A stretch of DNA of 43,255 nt from Nemertoderma westbladi (GCA_032718475.1 JAUCBJ010000583.1:1-43255); one strand, 5' to 3'. Shown: positions 1-10,280, counted from the first letter of the stretch. Numbers and translations are program-made. Notes: a model not told the origin generated them from the letters alone.

Positions 1-200
1 TTCGTATAGCGAGTGGTGAATTTTCGATAGTCCAATTCACGCGCAAGTTGCTCTTGGGACATCGGCGGTTCGATATAACGACCATCGTCCTCCGTAATGG
101 TTGGATCGGCCTCACCGCGTATTAAGCTATCCACAAATGCTTGTAAAGGTAGAGTATATCGCTCCCTAATACCAAGATCATCTTCTATTAACTCCGTCAT
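1..200 (-). CDS. 5' part of an ORF running off the left window edge (MTELIEDDLGIRERYTLPLQAFVDSLIRGEADPTITEDDGRYIEPPMSQEQLARELDYRKFTTRYT...); possibly an extra ORF of the BEL/Pao element
   Basis: Manual translation: ATG at 200-198, 66 open codons to the window edge, protein-like composition. Same strand as gag-pol. Absent from the ORF track because no stop lies in the window. No family recognised. Confidence 0.55.
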   Translation of the reverse strand, partial: MTELIEDDLGIRERYTLPLQAFVDSLIRGEADPTITEDDGRYIEPPMSQEQLARELDYRKFTTRYT

Positions 201-270
201 ATCTGCTATCTGAGTTTATTAATATCAAATAAGTTTGTATTTAGGCGAGCGGGCGTCGCTGCCTACTTTT

Positions 271-392
271 CTTTGCCCCCGGACAGTGGGATTCTCAGCG
301 CCGATGTACCGTCGTCGCGGTGTTTACACCAACATGTAGCAACAGCACGACAACGATAACCGGCACAAGTCACACCACTGTCCGTCCCAAAG
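271..392 (-). ncRNA. Long imperfect RNA hairpin (~120 nt), minus-strand specific
   Basis: Minus-strand pairings CTTTG/CAAAG, CGGACAGTGG/CCACTGTCCG, GTGCCGG/TCGGCGC, ATCGTTGTCGTG/CGCGACGACGGT and TACAT/GTGTA. Most non-Watson-Crick pairs are G-U on the minus strand only. Confidence 0.55.
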
Positions 393-1017
393 GCTTGGAT
401 CCACTTAGGTTCTATCTATAGGAGAGTTGGGCTATTTTTACAATTGCGACTAGCTACTGTAAACATACTTTAGCAGTAACATTCACTTATAAACGCACGA
501 ATTCCACACAACTGTCAACAACTGCACACACACAGGCCATTTGTCCGTTAGTCAATGCCTTCCAGAATGTCACGTCATCACTGTGTATCCTTGGATACTA
601 ACAGTGTGCTATGTTCTCTACGCTAGGCAATGGGACAAGCTTTCTATTGTTCTTTTAACTTGCTTCTAATTCTAGCGTGGGTGTTGCTATGGTGACATTA
701 TGGAATGCTAGCGGTAGAAATAGGGTAATTCTCATGCATACAGATCTGGGATGCTATTTAATAATAATTCTTTAATTGTCAATATCCTCTTTATGCATGA
801 TTTTATTAATTTTTATCGGCTATTGACTATATGTTGGAGATTCTCGCACTCTAATACACTCAACAGTATGAATCTCCGCTCCCATGATCTATTAATTAAT
901 GGAATTTTGGGAATGTTATAAATTGTACAAAATGACAATTTATGAAATTCATTTAAAAAATATGAATTTAAATTTATTCCCGTGAATTTTATTATTTGAT
1001 GTTAAAATTGACACAAT

Positions 1018-1310
1018 TTGATTCCAGAGCAGGTCTGGGGACATAGGATCCTTAATTCTATGAAATTTGTCTTTTAAGAGTATCGGGAAGTGCTACGATA
1101 TCTTAATCGACTAGAATTGTTAACGGATCTGAATTTTACAGATTTTAATAAATATTAAATTAATATTTAAGATGGGCACCGATTTATTCCAGAACTTGTC
1201 TGGGGACGTTAACCACTGATTCTAGAATTTGTCTTTCAAGTATATCGGTGGGTGCCGCGATATCTTAATCGACTAGAATTACAGATGGTCAAAAGGTTTA
1301 ACAGATTTAT
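1018..1310 (+). repeat. Two imperfect ~125-bp direct repeats (~1018-1146 and ~1183-1310), each folding into the same two hairpins
   Basis: Shared TTCCAGA-N5-TCTGGGGAC and AATTTGTCTTT...TATCG-loop-CGATATCTTAATCGACTAGAATT, followed by ACAGATTT. Confidence 0.8.
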
Positions 1311-1828
1311 TTGCGTTTTACGCTACTGTTAGAGGGACATCACGCTACTATATGTATTATTATATATAAGGTAGAAGAGCAATATCGCACGAAGCAATGT
1401 CAGTGTGAAGAGGCAAGTCGTTTCCAAGGTCTACCCAGAGCTTGGTTTAGCCGAGACACGAGGATCTGAACTTTGCATTCCTAATACTCTGCCTACCAAT
1501 AATACTTGAATATAGTAGTGGCTTTATTGTACTTTAAGAAGTACGGACATTTCATCTTACTGTAGTCACGTATTTATAATATGATACGGACAGTAAGGAA
1601 AGAGAAAAAATAATTATTTTCTCGCCGTCGCACTAAATATATATTATAAGTAATTACGTACGTAATAAACACTAATATATTGCACTAATCTACTAAATAA
1701 TACTAAAATAACATTCTACTAAATAAAATTGAATAAAAACGATTATAATAAAGTACATAATAAAGTTCGCATATAAAAATATAATAAAATAGATAAAACA
1801 ATATAGTCATACACCCACTCCAGACGTA

Positions 1829-4800
1829 TCACGTTAGGGAGTCCCTAGATGTTTGAGGAATTAGGGAGGTGGTCGTGGGAAGAGTGTCTTGCCTTCCATA
1901 GTTTCCAGAGAGTTCCCTGTCTCTTTCCAGTAAACATAAACGACCAACTGGGCGATTGAGTTGTTGCGTCTCAAAGATGATGCCTGGTTTCTTGAAGTTA
2001 CGCCGCATGACGATGAGTTCTACTGAGCGTACTAAACCATCATCTGAAATGTGTGTCTCGATGATACGACCTGTCTGCCACCGTTTACGTGGGAGGTCTG
2101 GATCTACAATAAGCACCATATCTCCGGCGCTGACGTTTTCTTGCTGCGCAAACCACTTAGTTCGAAGTTGTAGCGTGGGCAGATAATGTTTCTCGAAATG
2201 GTCAGCGAAACGACGGGATAGCAACTGCATAAGTTGCCAAGTTCGACGGCAGTATTCGTCTCCGTCGGCAATCTCCGATCGTGGGAGCATGGCTACGGGT
2301 TTCTTCAGTAGGAAGTGCGCGGGTGTTAGCGCTTCCAGGGAATCGGGACTCGATGAGACTGGCATAAGCGGTCTCTCGTTGAGATAGGCAGCGATTTCCT
2401 CCATTAACGTCCGCAAAAGTTCGTCGGTGAGATACGCGCGGCATGGCACTATAAAGTGAAATGCGGTTTTGACACTTCGAATTAATCTCTCCCAACTTCC
2501 TCCCCACCAAGGGGCGTCGGCAGCGTTGAAGGTCCAGCTAGACGCTGTTATCCTTAGCTGGTCGTCCACCTGTCTTTGGTTCCAGTCCTTCACGTAAGCC
2601 TGTATCTCGTTGTTGGCACCTATGAAGTTCGTTCCTTTATCCGATCTCATGGTATTACTCGTCCCGAAGCGAGCGATCTGTCGTCGTAAACTTAAGACGA
2701 AGCTGTTAGTAGATAGATCGTTCACCATATCGAGATGGATGGCTCTACAGGTCATGCACACGAAGATGACACACCATCTCTTGACTATAGTCCTCGCACG
2801 ATATACTTCAATAGGGCCAAATAAATCTACACCAGTATTAGTAAAAGGTGGTTCATAGAAGCTTACTCGTTCCCTAGGTAATTCTGCCTCTCGCTGTGTT
2901 AAAGGCCTACTGAATGCTTTCCTACAGGGTATGCAGTTCCTAAGAACTTGGTTCAGAGCTCTACGGGGTTTATCAAAATAATAGCGAGTTCGAATTTCGC
3001 TAAGAATTCGTTCTCTACCAGCATGGTAAAGTTTACCGTGAACGTCTACAATCATCTTGATTTGTACTTCAAGATTTCTAATAAGTATGGGGAATTTGGT
3101 GTCAAAGGATAAGGGCGCGTTGGTGAGTCTTCCTCCAACACGTATTAACCCATCTATCATTGTGCTCGAGAATCGATCCCTTAAGCGCATCTGTGGATTT
3201 CTCAACAACAGGAAGTACTTTTCGGAATCCTCATAGCATTGCAGGAGTCTCAGTATCTGTTTATTTGTTTCTTCATACTCCTGGTGACTAATTTTCTCTT
3301 TTAGAAAACGATCAGATATCTTATATTTGGGTAAATTCTTAATAACATGAACTTGTGCAGATGTCAATGGAGCGTGATCACTAATGGTCTTCGTCCTGGA
3401 GTAGTGATGATGAAAACATCGTCTTAAATATGTGACGGCTTTACAGAGCCGATTCCAGGAACTGTAATGATGCATTGCTCTCTGCAGCATGGGTGAGATT
3501 CCTTGCGAGACGTCTGGTATTCCAGATTTCCAATCTCTATCTCTAATTTCCACAACAGACTTATTTGTGTTGAGGGATTGTGGATCCGAAACATCATTCC
3601 CGGAAGTATGTAATACAGATAGATCGATAGTCGGTTTAAATAACTTCGATTTACTCGCCCGGGTTTTAGGTTTGACTGTCTCCGCTCCCTTGGCTTGTCT
3701 AATCTCTGCCGTAGTAAGGTGAGGAGGCCATTCATCCTCTTCCTTGCTCAGGAAGTCGGGTCCACCCAACCAATCTGGAGTATCTATCAGTTCCTGTGGA
3801 GTTGCTCCCCTGGAGGCGATATCGGCTGGATTAATCGTACCAGGGCAATGTCTCCATTGATCTATCTTTGTGCGACTAAGAATAATAGCTACTCGGTTAG
3901 TAACAAAAACGCTAAACTGACAGACTTCATTGGTGAGATACTCCAACACGAGTAAAGCGTCGGTCCAATAAACCGTTTTCTCCAGTGGATAGTCGATTTG
4001 TTCCGTTACGTTCCGGCCGATGGCTGTAGCGTATAAAGCCGCCTTTAACTCCGCTCGAGGAACCTTTAACTTGTTGTTAATCAATGCCTTAGAGGTAACC
4101 AAGGCGACCTTGATTCCATCCGGAGTTTCGACTCGCAGATATGCTACTATACCTATTCCCATGTCGCTGGCGTCTCCAAACACATGGAGTTGATAGGAAT
4201 ACGTAGGAAGAACATGGCCAAAATATGCACGGGAAATTATAAAGTTCTCGATGGCAGGTAGAGAATCTTCCCATTTCATCCATTTCTTCAACAATTCTCC
4301 CTTAAGCGGATCGTCCCATGAGTGGTTTTCAAGCCACATCTGTTGTACTAAACTCCGAGCAATCAATATAACTGGGCTAATAAATCCCAATGGGTCGAAA
4401 TAAGTGCTCAGGATACTTAAACAAATCCGTTTGGTCCGAACTGGATTATCTCGCTGTTTCAACTGAAAAAACAGGATGTCTCTTTCAGTGTCCCACTTCA
4501 AGCCTAGCGTCTTGGTTTCAGGAAGATCGTCCTTTATTAAGTCTAGGTCTTTCGCTCCGCGATCTTCTACCGGTATGGCTTCCAGAAACTCACGGGAGTT
4601 GCTAGTGAATTTCGTCAGTCGAAATCCACCTCTTTTCAAACACTCTACCGTTCCTTTCGCGACAGCTATGGCTTCTTCTACTGATGGAAGGGACCTTAAA
4701 TTGTCGTCCATGTATATATTGCGTTTTATGTTGTCTATCACTTCTTTGGAGAAGGAGTCTCGGTTGTCATTCGCAGTGGTTCGCACCACGGAGCAGGCGT

Positions 4801-7800
4801 TGGAAGGGCTTGATATGATCCCAAAAGCCTGGATGGTCATCCAGTACTCTACCGGTTTCTGGTTGAGGTCTCCTTCAGGCCACCACAGAAATCTCAGGCT
4901 GTCTCTATCTCTATCCAGCGCCTTGACTTGTAAGAACATTCCTTCTATATCAGAGGCGAACGCGATGGAATATTGTCTTAATCTTAATAGTATTCCCAAC
5001 AAAGATTGGAGTAAGTTGGGTCCTGGTAACAACTCGGAATTGAGGGATTGGCCCATATATAGAGCAGAGCCATCAAATACGACTCGTACTTCTTGGGGTT
5101 TACCGGGTTTGGGAACGTAATGATGTGTTAAGTAATACGTTCTCTCAGTCACTGGTGTTCCTTCCGGTACTCGCTCCGCGTATCCCTTTGTTATAAATTT
5201 CTTCAGCTGAGTTTGGTACATTTCTTTCGCTGAAGCATTAGCTGTAAGGCGTCGATATAATTGAGCGATTCTTTTCTCTGCCAAGGGTCTGTTATTTATA
5301 AATCTAGGTTCTCGTTTTCGAAATGGTAGGCCGATTTCATACCTACCTTGGTCCTTTAAAAAACGTGTAGTTGTTTCCTGGATTTGCTTGGCTCTTTCTT
5401 CTTCTATCGATAGAGCCTTATCATATGAATTGGGCTCTACCAGTTCCTGAGTAAAGAATCGTACAGCTAGTTCGTCCCGAGTTCTAGCGTTGTAGCGCTC
5501 TATCTCATCGTTTAGTTCGTCATTGTAAGCGATGGGTTCCGATGGGTGAATCAGTTGACATAGGTTCACCTGACTTTTCCAAGTTTGGTTTTCTGTAAGT
5601 AGGTCGATTGTGTTCTCTTCATCGAAGAGTTGGTAGATGTCGTCATTATCTGAGGAGTATGGTGTTCCCTCAGTTAGTTCGTCCACCTCACTGCTCTCCA
5701 CTTCCCAATCGTGTACTTGGTATGTGTGTTCTTGTGGCATTCTCTCTTCGAGAGTCCTGCGGGAAGGGCCAGTAAAGTACCAACCTACTCTAGTTCTTAC
5801 TGCATAGGTTTGCAGTGGCTGTGGTTGAGCAGGCCGTTTCTCCAATGTTTCGAGCGCCTCATGCGCGTTCTGGCCGATGAGGATTTGCACTCCAGGATAA
5901 TCTGTCTGGAATCGAGGTATCTCAAGATGTTGGATGCTCTCATCCTCGTCCCAATTATAAAGGTCTGCTTGAGTAGTAGCGAAGTTCTTTATAGCCACCA
6001 TTTTTACCGACCTTATACCTTGTGTTCCTAACTTATCCTGGGGGGTGGACAACACACCTACATAGTAATCTGCCGTTAAGGTAGATTTCCAAACCTGCAT
6101 AATTCCTGACATATTCAATTTAGTCCGGAATTTGGGTTGTCCAGCAAAGATATCTTCGGCTAATTCTTGATCGATGAATGTTCCTGTGCTGCCAGAGTCA
6201 AGGAGGGCGTTCACTATGTAACTTTTATTAAGACCATGAACTCTTACCTGCACCACAGGAAATTCTCTGATTCCTACGTTGGAAGTTGGAGCTTTCCAAG
6301 ATGGTTGTTTGGCAAAAGTAGTTGGGGGAAACTCATCGTTGGTGACCTTTTCATAAGTAAGTGCTCGATACACTGCGGTATTGATTAGATAACAGGATTC
6401 GTTGGCGTCGGAGAATTCGTCAGTATAGAATCCTTCCATCTCAGACTCCTGATCAGTGTCGTTTACATCACTGAATTGGACATGTAGTTCGGGCTCACTT
6501 ACCTGACTCTGTTTGTCTCGTTCGAACTCACTGTGTAACAAGATGTGATGTTTCGCGCCACACTTTGCACACTTTATGTCGGAGTAACAGGTTCGCCGTT
6601 GGTGTCCTGGTCTGAGGCAATTATAGCATAACCGCTTGTCCCACACAACTGCACGTCTGTCTACAAGGGATTTCTTTAGAAATTCAGCACACGCACTCAA
6701 ACGGTGGGTCCCGTCGCACAGCGCACAGTTAGGTTTTATGTTACTCACTTTACCTTGGGTAACCTGATGCACTCTCGTTTTTTCTTCGGGTTTTCTTCGG
6801 TGCATTCTGTTAGGAGACTGAGGGGGGGTCCTGGCAACCTGTTCTCTCCTATCGTTGTTTCGAGCCTTGTATTTACTTACATCTTTTGAGGTTTTGTCAA
6901 CGTAGTAAGATCGCTCAGTGTCTTTCCCGCTGTCCTCTTCTTGAGAAACTTGGCTTTCGCCGTCGTCAGTGTAACACACCGGTGTTATTCTTCTCCTAGA
7001 AGCGGGTTTCTCACTTACCTTATTTTCCGATGTTTTCTCTCTGGACTGCTTGATGAGTTGTAGTTTTACCTCACCATCCAAGAAGGACATGAGATCAGCC
7101 ATGGTAGGACTTCGTCGTTGTTGTTCATTCATGTACAACACTTTCTTGTCCCAGCGTGTACATACTCCACCCTTTGGTAAAGTAGAGACTACGGCTCCAA
7201 TAACCATTGAACTCTGATATTCATGAGACTTACCTAACCAGTCCAATTGTCTACAGATCTCCTGAATTTCATCGGAAAACTCTATAATCCCGCTACTAAG
7301 GAAGTGTCGGGGGGCTACTAATTTTGCATACAAATACTTAGCTATGTTATCCTTGTTACCATACCTGATGTTTAATGTATCCCATACTTGTCTTAATCCT
7401 TCTGGATGTCCAATGAACTTTAACGCCATTAACTTGGGAGGTCCTTCCAAGCACTTGATGAGGAACCTAAGTTTCTCTCCGTTAGATAGTACAGAGTTCT
7501 GTATGCTGTCTTTGTAATATTCGTTGAAAGGTAACCATTTCATCTCATCTCCATTGAATTTGACGATCTCTCCCACTTTGACCGCTTGGCGGGCTTCTGT
7601 TCTAGCCATCTGCCGCGTAAAGCTTTCTTGGGCCATCGTGTTATTTAATATCGAATTATCGGTATATAAATTTCTCGGATCAGTATCAGGTCTATAGGGA
7701 ATATCATTAATAACAGGTCTATAATCACCCTTAATAGGGTTTGCTATAGGAGTTTCTACTTCACTAGCAGTATAGATGCGTGTAGGCTCCACACCTTGCG

Positions 7801-9931
7801 CATGTAATACTTCAGACCTAACAGGTTGACACAATGTTACAGGGGGTATTGGTATGCCCTTTTGTATGTTGACTAATTTGTCGCGTTCTAGCGCGATACT
7901 TTGCTGCACTTCTTGCAATTCGGCCCTACTTTCTCTTACTGTTCCCTTAAGCTGGCGGACAGTCTCCTGCATCTGTCCGAGCAGGAGATTCATCCCCCGC
8001 CGTCCCTCCTCTACCCACTCGACCGCCGAAGCGGGAGTCGCCAACATTGTAGCGGGCTGACGTGGGACGACGGGAGACAAATCTTTGATTTCTCTCTCAG
8101 CTTCCAGGACAGGGATATTCTCCTGGACTGTTCTACCGGGCACAGGCAGTGTAGTACTGTGTAAAGGGAATTTAGAGTTATGCTCTGGAAGTACAGGGGT
8201 CTCTAACACAGGAGTGACTTTGGGAACGACAGGCCTAATTATTTCAGGCTCATCAACTATAGTAGGGAGTCTTTTGACCTTAATAATTTGGTCTGTAGGT
8301 TCTATACTACTTAAGTCTGTGCTAGCTAGTTGTCTTCTAACAGCTGGGGGCAAATCAGGCAATTTGTGACGGTAAGTTGTTTTTCTACGCCTACTTAGAC
8401 GAGATCTATTTCCTCCGCCTTCAGGATCGGTGGTTTCGCTTTCCTCCGATGACGTATATCCCTGGCGTTTGGGAGTAGATTTTCTCATCATCTGCATGTG
8501 ACTAGCAGTTAACTGTTTATTTATGTTGTCTTGCGTCTCTTGCAGATTTTCCAACTCCAGTTGGGCAGTCTCCTCAGAGGCTCTCCGTTCTGCTTCTGCC
8601 ACTGCCTTTGCTGCTGCCACAGTCGCTTTTCTTTCTGCTTCGGCTTCTGCCGCCGCTGCCTTTCTTTCTGCTGCTGCTTCTGCCGCCGCTGTTACTGCAG
8701 CTGCCTTTCTTTCTGCTTCCACTTCGGCCATTGCCGCTGTTACTGCAGCTGCCTTTCGGTCCTCTATCCGTTTTTTCTTTACTAGTTCTTCTTGGACTCT
8801 AGTGAGTCGGAGTTTCTCATCAAACTCAGCTTGGTTAGCAGCTAACATTTCAGCATCGATTGAATCTAACACACGCTGGGTTCCTTCACTATTGGGGGAA
8901 AGTCCAGACAGCCGTCTCCTCAACTCTTCGTCTCCTAGGAATCGCTGATAGTCGGACAGATAAATGTCGATGGCGTCTCTCGTTCGTGGTTTCTCTGAGG
9001 TTTCTTCGCCTTCCACTTGAGAAAGGGTGGCATCGGTTGGTTCTTCATGAGTTAGTCTCTCAGACAGCTGGGATTTCCACTGGTCTGTTTCTTGCACTTG
9101 GAGACCTACCCGCTGGAACCAAGTTTTGACAGCAACCTGCAGCGACGTGTCCTGTCTTCTTTTGGAAGTTTCCTCAAAAGCCGATAGGATTAGTCGAATG
9201 CGTAGGGTTCTTTCGCGTACTTGATATAGCAGTTCTTCCTGCTCTTGAGGTCCTTGGGGTTGTCGAAACAGTTGTTCTTCTAATCTCTCTAAGGAGCCGA
9301 AGAATCCCTGCACATATCCTGCTGCCGACCTCTTCCAAACAGCTGGATCCATCGTATCTTTAGCCACTCCCATCCTGTGTATATCTTCCCAAGTAGCCTC
9401 TGACAGATCTAACGGGAGTCCGGGTGCGGGAAAGTTCCATTGTGACTCGACAATAGACATCAATTCTTCCCTGGCGTATCCCGCATAATCATCTTGGGTC
9501 GCTCTCTTATTTCTCGCCCAATCTGCTTGATGTTCCTCCACCGCAATCGATATAGTTGTTAGCACTGCGGCAGGAAGGGTGAGAAGGGGGTCCGAGTAGG
9601 CTTTAGCCGTCATCTGCAATCCGCGTTCGGGGGTCAGTTCGACAGTATCCGAACTACTGGAGCTATCGGATCGCTGGGAACAAATTTCTTGACTAGGCTG
9701 TTGCTGCTGTGGGACAGCTGCTTCCTGGTTCCGTTTGACTTGGGCCCGAGTGCCGATGATGGACCTACGGTGTTGGATTAGCTTAGGGTCCGATATCACT
9801 ACTGGAGGGATGACTTTTCTTTCAGTAGGAGGTGAGCTGAACTCCTTTCTTAAACGCTCCACACTCCTATCTGTGTCACAGATGGTTGTATCGATTAGAT
9901 TGTCTGACAGGTTTTGCTGAGTGTCAGACAT
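1829..9931 (-). CDS. BEL/Pao LTR retrotransposon Gag-Pol polyprotein (Gag, 3 zinc knuckles, aspartic protease, RT, RNase H, integrase)
   Basis: Uninterrupted 2700-aa ORF. DUF1759-like gag (IVKFNGDEMKWLPF). BEL-type triple knuckle CALCDGTHRLSAC / CYNCLRPGHQRRTC / CAKCGAKHHILLH. Protease ALLDSGS, RT YMDD, RNase H FGDASD. Integrase H..LYHAG...CIPC, GVDLFGP, SDKGTNF, GGSWERL. C-terminal RWQTGRI...DGLVRSV...RPVGRLCLL. Domain order PR-RT-RH-IN. Confidence 0.97.
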   Translation of the reverse strand: MSDTQQNLSDNLIDTTICDTDRSVERLRKEFSSPPTERKVIPPVVISDPKLIQHRRSIIGTRAQVKRNQEAAVPQQQQPSQEICSQRSDSSSSSDTVELTPERGLQMTAKAYSDPLLTLPAAVLTTISIAVEEHQADWARNKRATQDDYAGYAREELMSIVESQWNFPAPGLPLDLSEATWEDIHRMGVAKDTMDPAVWKRSAAGYVQGFFGSLERLEEQLFRQPQGPQEQEELLYQVRERTLRIRLILSAFEETSKRRQDTSLQVAVKTWFQRVGLQVQETDQWKSQLSERLTHEEPTDATLSQVEGEETSEKPRTRDAIDIYLSDYQRFLGDEELRRRLSGLSPNSEGTQRVLDSIDAEMLAANQAEFDEKLRLTRVQEELVKKKRIEDRKAAAVTAAMAEVEAERKAAAVTAAAEAAAERKAAAAEAEAERKATVAAAKAVAEAERRASEETAQLELENLQETQDNINKQLTASHMQMMRKSTPKRQGYTSSEESETTDPEGGGNRSRLSRRRKTTYRHKLPDLPPAVRRQLASTDLSSIEPTDQIIKVKRLPTIVDEPEIIRPVVPKVTPVLETPVLPEHNSKFPLHSTTLPVPGRTVQENIPVLEAEREIKDLSPVVPRQPATMLATPASAVEWVEEGRRGMNLLLGQMQETVRQLKGTVRESRAELQEVQQSIALERDKLVNIQKGIPIPPVTLCQPVRSEVLHAQGVEPTRIYTASEVETPIANPIKGDYRPVINDIPYRPDTDPRNLYTDNSILNNTMAQESFTRQMARTEARQAVKVGEIVKFNGDEMKWLPFNEYYKDSIQNSVLSNGEKLRFLIKCLEGPPKLMALKFIGHPEGLRQVWDTLNIRYGNKDNIAKYLYAKLVAPRHFLSSGIIEFSDEIQEICRQLDWLGKSHEYQSSMVIGAVVSTLPKGGVCTRWDKKVLYMNEQQRRSPTMADLMSFLDGEVKLQLIKQSREKTSENKVSEKPASRRRITPVCYTDDGESQVSQEEDSGKDTERSYYVDKTSKDVSKYKARNNDRREQVARTPPQSPNRMHRRKPEEKTRVHQVTQGKVSNIKPNCALCDGTHRLSACAEFLKKSLVDRRAVVWDKRLCYNCLRPGHQRRTCYSDIKCAKCGAKHHILLHSEFERDKQSQVSEPELHVQFSDVNDTDQESEMEGFYTDEFSDANESCYLINTAVYRALTYEKVTNDEFPPTTFAKQPSWKAPTSNVGIREFPVVQVRVHGLNKSYIVNALLDSGSTGTFIDQELAEDIFAGQPKFRTKLNMSGIMQVWKSTLTADYYVGVLSTPQDKLGTQGIRSVKMVAIKNFATTQADLYNWDEDESIQHLEIPRFQTDYPGVQILIGQNAHEALETLEKRPAQPQPLQTYAVRTRVGWYFTGPSRRTLEERMPQEHTYQVHDWEVESSEVDELTEGTPYSSDNDDIYQLFDEENTIDLLTENQTWKSQVNLCQLIHPSEPIAYNDELNDEIERYNARTRDELAVRFFTQELVEPNSYDKALSIEEERAKQIQETTTRFLKDQGRYEIGLPFRKREPRFINNRPLAEKRIAQLYRRLTANASAKEMYQTQLKKFITKGYAERVPEGTPVTERTYYLTHHYVPKPGKPQEVRVVFDGSALYMGQSLNSELLPGPNLLQSLLGILLRLRQYSIAFASDIEGMFLQVKALDRDRDSLRFLWWPEGDLNQKPVEYWMTIQAFGIISSPSNACSVVRTTANDNRDSFSKEVIDNIKRNIYMDDNLRSLPSVEEAIAVAKGTVECLKRGGFRLTKFTSNSREFLEAIPVEDRGAKDLDLIKDDLPETKTLGLKWDTERDILFFQLKQRDNPVRTKRICLSILSTYFDPLGFISPVILIARSLVQQMWLENHSWDDPLKGELLKKWMKWEDSLPAIENFIISRAYFGHVLPTYSYQLHVFGDASDMGIGIVAYLRVETPDGIKVALVTSKALINNKLKVPRAELKAALYATAIGRNVTEQIDYPLEKTVYWTDALLVLEYLTNEVCQFSVFVTNRVAIILSRTKIDQWRHCPGTINPADIASRGATPQELIDTPDWLGGPDFLSKEEDEWPPHLTTAEIRQAKGAETVKPKTRASKSKLFKPTIDLSVLHTSGNDVSDPQSLNTNKSVVEIRDRDWKSGIPDVSQGISPMLQRAMHHYSSWNRLCKAVTYLRRCFHHHYSRTKTISDHAPLTSAQVHVIKNLPKYKISDRFLKEKISHQEYEETNKQILRLLQCYEDSEKYFLLLRNPQMRLRDRFSSTMIDGLIRVGGRLTNAPLSFDTKFPILIRNLEVQIKMIVDVHGKLYHAGRERILSEIRTRYYFDKPRRALNQVLRNCIPCRKAFSRPLTQREAELPRERVSFYEPPFTNTGVDLFGPIEVYRARTIVKRWCVIFVCMTCRAIHLDMVNDLSTNSFVLSLRRQIARFGTSNTMRSDKGTNFIGANNEIQAYVKDWNQRQVDDQLRITASSWTFNAADAPWWGGSWERLIRSVKTAFHFIVPCRAYLTDELLRTLMEEIAAYLNERPLMPVSSSPDSLEALTPAHFLLKKPVAMLPRSEIADGDEYCRRTWQLMQLLSRRFADHFEKHYLPTLQLRTKWFAQQENVSAGDMVLIVDPDLPRKRWQTGRIIETHISDDGLVRSVELIVMRRNFKKPGIIFETQQLNRPVGRLCLLERDRELSGNYGRQDTLPTTTSLIPQTSRDSLT

Positions 9932-10037
9932 GTTTAGCTATACAGTTGAATGCCTACTGCTATAGTTACAGTTAAAGCAAGTCTAGTAATTCAGTATGAC
10001 CGTTGGCCTAGTACCGGTAATTTATTGCAGTATATTA

Positions 10038-10280
10038 GAATACCGGTATGCACTTATAATATATATAAGTATTGTAAACTAGGTTTGTCACAGAGTACCG
10101 GTATATAATTTAGCACAAATATATATAAATATATAATAGGCCTATCGTGAATACCGGTATACAGCTTACACTTATAGTATATATAAGTATAATTATGAAC
10201 TAGAATTATTACAGAATACCGGTATGATTTCAGCTCGAATTTATAGAATAAATATAATAAGCCTATGGTAAATACCGGCA
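10038..10280. repeat. ~115-120-bp tandem duplication with recurring GAATACCGGTAT in the BEL 5' leader
   Basis: Units start near 10038 and 10150 and share TACCGGTAT...CACTTATA.TATATATAAGTAT...ACAGA.TACCGGTAT...AAATATATAATA.GCCTAT.GT. Confidence 0.7.

Noticed and set aside
1560-1813. 3' LTR starting TGT after GGAGTGGG
   Set aside because: No second copy found upstream of gag within the window, so it cannot be supported here.
1956-9920. Many short ORFs overlapping the BEL polyprotein
   Set aside because: Antisense or alternative-frame shadows of the long gag-pol ORF with no independent motifs.
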